Shown piece by piece: positions 53,901-64,000 of a stretch of DNA of 64,000 nucleotides. How positions within the stretch are numbered: the stretch's first letter is position 1; each line of letters begins with the position of its first letter. The position numbers were made by a program, and so were the translations under genes. The DNA lies in NCBI GenBank assembly GCA_951406725.2, contig OX597815.1, positions 47,430,001 through 47,494,000 of the forward strand. Direction: 5' to 3'. The notes beneath the pieces were generated by a model. That model worked only from the letters and a program-made list of their open reading frames with translations. It searched no databases and was not told the DNA's origin. The DNA comes from Octopus vulgaris. Lineage: Eukaryota.

Positions 53901-55381
53901 CATATGGCTGAGTACGCATATGCATATTCATACCTATAGATGTGCGTGCGCGGGCGTACATATATGTGCAGGCGTACATAAATGCGCGAGCGTACATGTG
54001 TGCGCGGGCGTAAATTTGCGTGCATGCGCGCCCATATGCGTTTGCATGTCTGTACACGTGCACAGATGTATATGCGCGCGCGTGCGTGTGGTCGTGTGTA
54101 TATGTACAGTAGTAAACATTAACAAATCAAACAAAAACTGGACAACAATTGAGCCTCCAAAGCTTCATCAGAAAGTCCATAATGGGAAGAATTGAACAAG
54201 TAAAAATGTAAAATAAAATGATAAAAAATACTAAAAGCATTAACTCTCTTCAGTCTAACTCTCATTCAGACCCCAATCGCCGAAGAGTAGCCACACACTT
54301 GAAACTCAGAGTACCAAGGAATCTGAATCAAACTGTTTTGATCTATGCATTTAACTCCCAATAAATGTATTGAGTGCCCTCCTTTGAAAATGGATTGTTC
54401 ATCAATTATTGAATATACGTAGAAATAGTTAAAATTTGCCCTCTTTGTATATCTACTGCACGCACGCACACTCATACATACATGCATACCTACATAAACA
54501 CACATGCACTCACACACACACATATGCAAAGTGGTGAACATCTTTGGGGTAGAAATAATGGATTTGCAGTGGGAACTTGAATGCGAAGCCATTACAGATA
54601 CATCGTTTCTAGTTTGGGAAACGGGAGAGAATTTTTTCGTCATTTGCCGTATGGATCGGGATCTTGCAAATGTTGCAGTACTACTAGCATTTTTTTAAGG
54701 AGGTAATGAGCCTCACCAAGCATTCTTGGCCTTGTTTTATGCCAGAACAGCTGCTGCGTAGCTATGAGTGAACCACTTGGGAGACTTGGGGCATTGAGTT
54801 TTACGTGATTTATTTATTTAATATGCTTTATTCAAATATGTGTGAAAATAGGATACGGTATATCTTATAATGATTTAGTTATTGTGGTGTGTTTATTTAT
54901 TTTACAGAAGTATGTACCATAATTACACATATGTTTCGTTTATTTGATTTTATTAAAATAAGTGTCTTGCTTGTGTTTATTTGCTCGCAGGGAAAAAAGG
55001 CGTCATAACTGTCACTTCTCATAACTTGAACCTTATTATAATTTTCGACGTGGTTTCTGGCTTGAAATGCAGCTGAGATCGAATTTGTCACTATGAAATA
55101 TATACCAGTCATATTTTGGTGTATGTGTTAATTAACTGATGTTATTTAATGGCCTTATATCAATGTAAAACAACGAATTCATGCCAAGTCAAACATTACC
55201 AGGTCGATTTTGTCTTTCAACCATTCACTGTTGATGAAAATAATTATTACTGCGCGGATATAAATCAAAAACAAACTTGAAATGAATAGAGGTGAAAAAA
55301 TGGATGTGTATAATTGTAGGCATGTATTTGTGTATGTCATTGGTTAACTATAATTTAGCGATATTATTGTGGTTATACCTC

Positions 55382-55570
55382 CCCAAAATTACAGGCCTTG
55401 TGCATATAATAGAAAGGATAAGGGCGATGAGCTGGCAGAATCTTTAGTACGTCAAGCAAAATGCTTTAACAGCATTTCGCCCGTCTTAAGTACCAGTGAA
55501 ACATTGGATTCGATGTAATCGACTAGTCGCCTCCCCCAAAATGTCAGACCATGTGCCTTTAGTAGAAATG
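55382..55570 (+). mobile_element. SINE tail plus a second SINE within one 19-bp TSD
   Basis: ATTATTGTGGTTATACCTC at 55363-55381 and 55571-55589. Confidence 0.8.
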
Positions 55571-55629
55571 ATTATTGTGGTTATACCTCATTGACATATT
55601 GAATCAAGATGAGATATCATATATGATTA

Positions 55630-56100
55630 CTGATTAGATCAAGTTCTGCTCTATCAAAGGGACATCTGATAAAAGGCATCAGAGTCGGGAACCGACAAAC
55701 ATATTTTACGTTGGACTGGAAATCGTGCCTAAACATTTACTGTACAACGAAATCGTTTGTAGAAACGCCTTCAAGAGACATCACGACTAAGATTTAAAGA
55801 TTGTGTAAATCCCACGTTCAAAGCTTGTGGAATATGGGAGATCAACTGCGAAAGAAATGTTAGTCATTACTACCAATGGAGGAAACAAGTAAAGTAAGCA
55901 GCAGGTGTATTCGAGAAAACACGAACTTTTCATGCAGAATTTAAGCGGCTGCACGAAAATGGTGTGTCCGTGTAGTCAATGGAGGGGCAGGTTGACCTGT
56001 AATATCTGCAGATTTGTAAGTTTATCGAAAGCTGGCTCCGTTTCTCTAAGGTGTCATGGTTGGAAGATCAGAAATATCGCTGACAGAGACAAAGCAGAAA
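55630..56100 (+). mobile_element. RTE (BovB-like) LINE 3' fragment
   Basis: GHL, VPKHLLYNEI, RLRFKDCV..FKACGI, WRKQV...FE, and a C2H2-like TCNICRFVSLSKAGSVSLRCH. Confidence 0.8.
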
Positions 56101-56378
56101 GTCCTTATCCCATGTCCTCGTACTTCGTATTTTTTGTTGTTTATGTTTTGTGACGAGCTGTGCCCACATATGCATATAATATGTATATATATATATATAT
56201 ATATGCATATATATATTATTTATAATATGATATATACACACACACACAGATATATCCATATATAGACAAACACACATATATACATATCTCTCAACTTATC
56301 TCCAACCTTGCGTACTGACTCTCACATGATTTCTCCCATAGATGTATACATACATACATGCATACATACATAAATACA

Positions 56379-56414
<36 letters not shown>

Positions 56415-56575
56415 TATGTGTGTGTGTGTGTGTGTTTAAAAGACAGAATCACTATCAAGCAATTCAATCATTATTGAACGACATTATTCACGATAGGTAC
56501 ATATAGGACTAAATATTAAAATTATCAAAATTAATACCTTAAGTTCTTATTCTAGATCATATACTTTACTTTATA

Positions 56576-56681
56576 TAGACTGCGTACGTTTCATGAAAAC
56601 ATATTCCTCGATATTGCTGAATTAGAAGGTCTCAAATACAATACCATATTAAAACAATTATATTGCCAATCTTCAGGTCTA
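56576..56681 (-). ncRNA. Hammerhead motif, mirrored copy with mutated cleavage triplet (GCA)
   Basis: TAGAC-CTGAAGA-...-GAAAC-GTAC-GCA-GTCTA on the minus strand. Confidence 0.6.
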
Positions 56682-56917
56682 GATTATATGAACTTATTTT
56701 GTTATTTATATCTTATCTAAAGACATGACAAACTAAATTATATGATTAGAAGTTGTCGGAATATTTTCTTTTTACCAGCATTTCTTTTTTCTATTCTTAT
56801 TCCACATTTTCGTTCATTATTTGCGAAAGTAAAATTATTCCGACAACTTCTAGTTAGATAATTTAGTTTGTCATATCTTTATATAGAATGTAAATAGCAA
56901 AATAAGTTCATATAATC

Positions 56918-57023
56918 TAGACCTGAAGATTGGCGATATAATCGTTTTAATATGGTATTGTATTTGAGACCTTCTAATGCAGCAATATAGAGGAATATGT
57001 TGTCATGAAACGTACGTAGTCTA
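56918..57023 (+). ncRNA. Type-I hammerhead ribozyme motif with extended stem II
   Basis: TAGAC-CTGAAGA-T-TGGCGATATA...TATGTTGTCA-T-GAAAC-GTAC-GTA-GTCTA. Predicted cut after 57018. Confidence 0.8.
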
Positions 57024-57940
57024 TATAATGTAAAGTATATGATCTAGAATAAGAATTAAAGGCATAAATTTTGATAATTTTAATATTTAGTCCTATATGT
57101 ACCTATCGTGGATAATGTCATTCAATGATGACTGAGTTGCTTGAGGGTGATTCTGTCTCTTAAACCTATCTATATATATGTATATAATACAGTGAGTAAT
57201 TCATTTTAGTACCACTAAATTGAACTTCTCTCCCCTGTGGATTCGGAAATAACTTCCCTAATTTTATTATTAAGTTTATATATATATATATATTTACATC
57301 TATGGGAGTGATCATGTGAGAGTCAGGACGCAAGGTTGGAGATAAGTAGAGGATTAGGTATATGTGTGCATGTGTGCTTGTGTGTGCATGTAAGTAAGAA
57401 TGTGTATATACACATGGGCTTCGCTATATGTATGTGCAAGTTAAAGTTGTAGGTTTATTTACCTATGTGTATGTATGTATGTATGTATGTATGCGTATAT
57501 ATGGGAATGTATGTGTGCGTATGTATATTTGAATGCATGTATGTGTGTATATAAGCATATATATATAGGTTTGTGTGAGAGAGTGTACGTGTGAGTCTGT
57601 GTGTGTGTATGTGTGTATATATTCGACCACCGCATACTAAAGGTCAGCGTAAGTGATTCACATGTTAACCAACCATGAATACAGACCAGAGATACAAGCA
57701 AATAGAAGACCAATCCTATTTATATGCCAGCTAGTACCATCTACTACCATTCATAGCAGTTCGACAAATACGCTATCAGGCAAGCACCAAAGGGCTTTCA
57801 GTTGCTACTAACCACGACGACCAGAGAAGATGACCTTGAAGTTAACAATTTTAAACTAACGGAGACAACACTCGTATATCGCACGAGGAAACGCGACTAG
57901 ATCTCATTATGCAAACAAATAGTTGCATAATGAATTATAT

Positions 57941-57984
57941 GCATTCTTGAAGAACTACGTTGCGTCGAAACAATTGTAGCAAAT
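57941..57984 (+). ncRNA. Degenerate hammerhead motif
   Basis: TTGAAGA...GTC-GAAAC-AATT-GTA with palindromic stem III. Stems I and II are poor. Confidence 0.35.
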
Positions 57985-58193
57985 ATTAGATAAATGTCCA
58001 AGCGCACTCATTCTTCTTGACTCCGATTTCTTCAGTTTTACATTCACACATGACGAATGCCCAAACTTAAACTTGGAAATATATAATAATACTTCCGTTA
58101 GTTCTGGGTAATTATGAGGGTGGACGAGCTTTATATTGTAATCTACCACGTTCCTAACGGAATATAACATAACTATAAATAATGATATATCGC

Positions 58194-58347
58194 TAGCCAC
58201 TACACATTCTTTATTTTCTGTCCTTGTTTCTTTCTGTGTTCCTTTCTGTGAAAGAGCGTAGGCTCGAAACGTTAAAGATTTTTTCACTTCCCGAGCGTTA
58301 AACTAATAGATCTGTTTTTGCCTACACCACCTGTCTTCATCTTTTGT
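58194..58347 (+). mobile_element. Penelope-type terminal module with variant hammerhead (58242-58277)
   Basis: CTTT-CTGTGAAA-GAGC-GTAG-GCTC-GAAACGTT-AAAG. Ends CTCCC|(TA)n. Confidence 0.6.
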
Positions 58348-58364
58348 TGTTTTCTGTGAATTCT

Positions 58365-58417
<53 letters not shown>

Positions 58418-58614
58418 TATATATTAAATTAGAGATAAAACCACTATCAGGCAAATCAAACAGTGAAAATCATAAGCCAATACATAGAAAAAATTTTATT
58501 AAAAAAATATAAAATATAAATATAAAAAATATAAAATATAAAATTCCAAATTAAAATATTTAAATTAAAGTTAAAATTTTTAAAATTATTTAAATAATTT
58601 AAACTTATAAATTT

Positions 58615-58664
<50 letters not shown>

Positions 58665-58777
58665 GGTCCCGGGTTGAGTCGGGGTTAACCACAGTAAATA
58701 AGGTACTCAATACATAGCAGAGTAAATTAATTTATTATATATATATATATATATATTATTATTATTATTATTATTAT

Positions 58778-58821
<44 letters not shown>

Positions 58822-59039
58822 TCAATGTCATTATTATTACTATTATTATTTATTATATGTATATTATTTATATATATATATACGTGCATGTTTTATATAT
58901 TACCGTCCTGGATAAAGCCAATGCAGATCGTATTATCAAAAAGAACTGGTCGGTTTCAATTGTAAATGATGTATGCATTTTAGGACTGTGGTAAAAAACC
59001 CGTTTCTGCGAAAATTCGATATAAATAATTACTATTGAT

Positions 59040-59071
<32 letters not shown>

Positions 59072-59077
59072 TGTATG

Positions 59078-59139
<62 letters not shown>

Positions 59140-59631
59140 TGTCTAATGTCCTGGCATGGTGTAAAATTAGGGTATTTCCAGAGAAGCACTCGACTCGAAT
59201 GCTAGGCTATCGACACTGTCGGGTTCCGTGTGTGGGTGTGTGTGTGAGTGTGTCTATTTATGTGCATATGATGAATTCAAAAAGCTCTTTGGCGTCAGCA
59301 CCATACAGAATTAAAATGGGAAAATAGCTTGTGTTTCAAACTAATGAATTAATCCCCAAATAAAGAGTAAAAAAATAGATGTTCTTTAAATATTATTTTT
59401 ATTTATTTCCACAAAGCAACCAAATAACCGCCCTTTTGCTGTAATCACACGCATGATATGTAAACACGCACGCACGCATACATACACGCACACACACATA
59501 CACACACACGCACACACACAGATATACAATTATATAAATTCTACATATACGTATATATACATTACATATTCTATATATTCTATATATATTTTGTATACGT
59601 ATATTCATATTCTTTCTCTCTCTCTCTCTAA

Positions 59632-59665
<34 letters not shown>

Positions 59666-60004
59666 CTAAATAGCCATTTTTGAAAGAAATGTTCCACCAT
59701 GTAAAAACTGATCGGCAAATATATCGCATCAGTTACAGTGAATAAGAAATGACGCCTTGACACAATATAATAAGTGCATTAAACGGTCTAAAATACCTGA
59801 CACCTGATAGGCGAGGAAACATTTGAGAAATATACTAAAATACCAAGCGTAACAGGCCATTAAGCTTCCAATATACGTGGAGTGAGTTTCTGTTTTCCTT
59901 TTTACACATCACCATAAAGCATCAATTGCCTATTTATTTATTCATCGTCGTTATCGCCACCGGCATCATCATCACCATCACCATCACCGTCTTCATTATC
60001 AATG

Positions 60005-60007
<3 letters not shown>

Positions 60008-60097
<90 letters not shown>

Positions 60098-60113
60098 GTA
60101 TTAGTATTATCAA

Positions 60114-60145
<32 letters not shown>

Positions 60146-60155
60146 GTATTATCAA

Positions 60156-60200
<45 letters not shown>
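60008..60200. repeat. (ATT)n microsatellite
   Basis: Tandem repeat that generates poly-I/poly-L artefact ORFs. Confidence 0.95.
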
Positions 60201-60201
<1 letters not shown>

Positions 60202-60267
60202 ACTTCAGGTTTCTTCTATCCCTTGGCCTCTCTCTCTCTCCGACACTCTCTTCCTCTCTCTCTTTTC

Positions 60268-60351
<84 letters not shown>

Positions 60352-61169
60352 TTTCTCTCACTGATTACGTTATAGTGTGTAATTGGACGCCTAAATATTG
60401 AAATAATTTTAAATGTTTTTACATTTTTAAACGTAAACATGCACACAATCTCACGTATACAAGTACAGACATAACAAAGTGACTCGCAGTTTATGTGCTT
60501 CATCGAATATATGTCTGCAAAATTGAAATGGAATAAAATGAGAGAACCCAGTGGGAATCGAACTCACATCTATTTTGCTAGCTGGTAAACTGTATGGTGT
60601 ATTACTCTGAAATTATATGGTGTATTACTCTGAAATTATATTTAAGCATTTGTACGTCTATTAAATATCTGTCGTCATTTGGAATACACAGGTATACATA
60701 CCGTATTGATATCATATAAGACACACTCCCCATCACCACCACCACAAAAAATATCTCAAAATTCTCCTCGATTCCTATATGCGAAATTGGTCCTAAAACT
60801 TTTTTTTATTGAATATGCGCTGCTGAAACTGAAATGCTTTCAATATACTTGTTCGTCTTTTATACCATCAAATACGGTACATGCATATATGCATCCAGTG
60901 GAACAATTGTCGCCGATGTTATCGTTATTTCTTAGTGAATATTCCAAAATAGTAAGCTGTCTGTGTTTTGGTTTATTCTGTCCCAAAATCCGCTTTCATT
61001 TCTTGTGCGAAAATGTACAGGCTATTTTTTAAGGTTTACAAAAGTAATAAACTTTCACGAAAGCCATTCATTTTTCTTTGAAGATTTTCCAGAGATCTAT
61101 AATCAAAACTATGTCAGGGATCTCATTACGTCAGGGATCTCATCACATGGTCCAGTAGTAATCGACTAA

Positions 61170-61463
61170 ACTGGCTCCTCTGTTTGAGTTGCTAGCTTCT
61201 CTTGTGGGAAGTGTGTATGGACATCCAGCAGCACAAAAACCAAGACCTGTCGATGAGCGTATGAGCTCCTCGTGCGCCAACGGCCATCCAGTTAGGGAAG
61301 GCAATGGCAAACCACCCTAGTGTCTTTGCAAAGAAAACACTAAGAGAAAATCAGAACAAAGCAACGCTAAGGCTTCATCCGATGAGAGAATTTGCGTTGA
61401 TCTGGAAGAATTTAGTGTCATCAATGCACTGAAAAGCGTACGATACATGATGACGACGACGAC
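61170..61463 (+). mobile_element. RTE-derived short element (5' UTR-like motif, (GAC/GAT)n tail)
   Basis: GGAAGGCAATGGCAAACCAC..AGTGTCTTTGCAAAGAAAAC resembles the Bov-A/RTE conserved motif. Confidence 0.65.
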
Positions 61464-62539
61464 TATAATCAAAATATTTACAGTTCTCAGAAACAGCTGA
61501 AATTAGTAACACTATTTTCTACTGATAAAGGGACATAATTTGACCTAGCGAAATGACTATATTTGACAGATGAACACGAAAACAAAAAAATATATAAAAA
61601 ACAGTTTCCTAAAACATTTACGTCAATAGCTTTTCTATTTTCCTATTTCCACTGAATGAGAGTTGCAAAAACCTAGGCCATCATACGAATGTACTATGAA
61701 TAAATACAGACGAAAGAATATTATTAAAACTTTTTAAAAATACGACAGTTGAAGTTTTCCTCTTTCATGACAATACCTGACAATACACGTGCTTTGTGAT
61801 ATCAATGCTGATATCAACATTCGATATCACTTCTTGACTAATTTTTAGAAGAAACCATCCAAAGACATTGATATCCGCAAGATCCTGACATGAACTACAA
61901 GTTTCCACAGAAACAATGATGTTGATAAGTTCTATGTTAGAAGAAAAGAGGTGAGAATGGAATAAAGATTTGTATCAAAGCCGTTTTGCATAGAATTGTA
62001 TCTCTTAACTATTATCTGTTTAACAATGGTAGCAAACATTTTACTTGAACCAGACGATCAAAGGAGGAGAAAGCAAACGCCTACAACTTTGAGGGGAGGT
62101 GGAAGTCGATTATATCGATTGCAGTATACAACTGGTACTTTTATTATTGACTCCGAAAGGGTGAAAAGCAAGGTCGATCTCTGGGGTATTTAGACTTAAA
62201 ATATAAAGGCAAAAGAAATGCAGCTAAGCATTTTGTCCGGCGTGCTAATGCTTGTGTCAGTTTGCTATCCTTTTAAGTGAAGGAATGTTAACATGGAGTG
62301 TTGTTTCTCTTGAATTCATTAGTGTGACATCATGTCATATTTCAAAAGTAATATTTTTAAATCAAGGGCTATGAAATACCCAATGAACAAAAGAAACTGC
62401 GAAATCCCTAACTCGAACTTCAAGATGCAACCGAAAATGTCAATATATGTCAGAGGTTGGCAGAATACATAACACATTTAACTGTCCAATAATGTCATCA
62501 ACGTTGTATCCAGGCATGATAATATTGCTAAAGTAATTA

Positions 62540-63102
62540 TTAGGTTGTCCGGAAAGTTCGTGCCGATTTTTAAAGGAAAGAAAAAGATCAATAAATACTT
62601 GCCATTACATTTTTTAATCAACCAAATATAAACCATTTTGTTGCACAATGCGTCTCCACCTTTCCGTTAACTTGCAAATACCCTCTTCCCAGAATTGAGG
62701 TGGTTTTATGACAAAGAATTCACCAAGGTCTCTTTTTACGTCATCCAATGAATTTAAATTTTTACCATTAAGACTATTCTGCAGAGACCTGAATAAGTGG
62801 AAATCCGAAGGAGCAATATCTGGTGAATATGGAGGGTGGGATAACACATCCCAGCCGAGCTGCAGCAATTTTTGTCTGGTTCCGAAAGCATCAAGTGCCG
62901 AAAATAAACTTATCTTCCATTTTAAAGGGTTACAGTATTAACACAGGTTATAGGAACATAAATCTTCTTCCACAAAAAGATAACTTAAACTGTGTTCTAA
63001 ATGGAGGTGTAGTCAAATCCTATTTTATGGACTCAACCATGTTCTAAAATAAGTCGAAAGGTAAGCTACTATAAATCGGCACTAACTTTCCGGATAACCC
63101 AA
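62540..63102 (-). mobile_element. Mariner deletion derivative (Hsmar1/cecropia-like)
   Basis: TIR TT(A/G)GGTT(G/A)TCCGGAAAGTT(C/A)GTGCCGATT, TA on both sides. 62614-62868 encodes WDVLSHPPYSPDIAPSDFHLFRSLQN. Confidence 0.92.
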
Positions 63103-64000
63103 TACTTGTCGTGCTGGCTATAATTTCTATAGAAAATATGTTGAGATAACCTTAAGATATAATTTAATAGCACTTCTAACACAGTAGAACATAGTGTTGA
63201 CTTATAAAGCGAATAATATACTTTGTAGTATATTATGGTTGCATAGCTAAGTACGGTGTCCCTAAAAGTAATTAATATTTACGCACCAGCTGCTAGGAAT
63301 GTGTTTAATATGTAAAATCGTTATATCCAATAATGTTACACCGCTAAATTTAGTGGCTTTTTAAGCAATGTATTTATAGATGATTAATGAATTGGATATG
63401 GTGTTGATGAAGGAGCAAAACTCCTGAAATATGGCATGTACAACCATTACCAATTTTTCCATCTTCGATTGCATTAGCCGTATTCGGATACGAAACGTCG
63501 TAACAATCCAGTGTTAGCTATACTATCTATAGAAAATCTGTAGAGATAATCTGAACATGTGATGACGTAATATACAATGCCAATAGTAGTAAAGACTGCT
63601 CGGAGTTCTGAAGAGTGTAAAACAATACCTTAGCCACAACTGTTCCAATATCTACTCTAACCTGGAGTAGTGGCTCCTTTTCAGGGTCCCAGCTATGGAT
63701 TAAATATGTACCCACAGAATCAATGTGCGTTGAAATCACCGGATGAAGTATGGTGGATGTGAACTATGTCTGCAAATGAACTTCTTGAGTCAAAGGTGAA
63801 CATCACTAGATGATGTGCGAATAAACAGGCAACAAACAGTCAACGGTTTGAGTCAAACAGTTCAGTTAGAGAAGAACTGATATCATCTGAAGTCGTGGTG
63901 TTCGCACATGAGATATCTCAGCTAGCGGAATACAAGTGAGACTAAATCCGGACCAGACGTTCGACCAGTGCAAACATAAAAGGCTTAAAATCAGTGACGT

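Larger units (their letters stand above)
56434..57165. repeat. 732-bp palindrome (330-bp arms, 72-bp spacer)
   Basis: Arms 56434-56763 and 56836-57165 align without indels; about 28 mismatches counted by eye (about 91% identity). Confidence 0.95.

Noticed and set aside
57855-57900. Hairpin followed by GAAACGCGAC
   Set aside because: No CUGANGA in register and the triplet is not NUH.
63465-63510. Hammerhead-like GAAACGTCGTA with apparent stems I and II
   Set aside because: The segment that should read CUGANGA reads CATTAGCC.

Overview
Eukaryotic, AT-rich, repeat-saturated non-coding DNA with no supportable intact host gene. The SINE families and microsatellite load resemble a coleoid cephalopod (Octopus-like) genome; this is inference. 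Almost all listed ORFs are microsatellite artefacts or decayed transposon frames. Recognisable elements are Tx1/L1-clade LINE relics, an RTE LINE 3' end, three tRNA-derived SINE families, mariner, hAT, Merlin-like and Tc2/pogo-like DNA elements, and a non-autonomous Helitron. The most notable signal is a set of self-cleaving RNA motifs: about eight minimal type-I hammerhead-like motifs in Penelope-type termini, many next to (TA)n tracts, and a decayed HDV-like motif in an RTE-type 5' region. Two of the hammerheads lie in opposite orientation within a 732-bp, indel-free palindrome (56434-57165). Second, one SINE subfamily shares a covarying 3' stem-loop with the Tx1 LINEs, while another builds head-to-tail arrays in its own (ATT)n tails. 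All folds and identities were read by eye.
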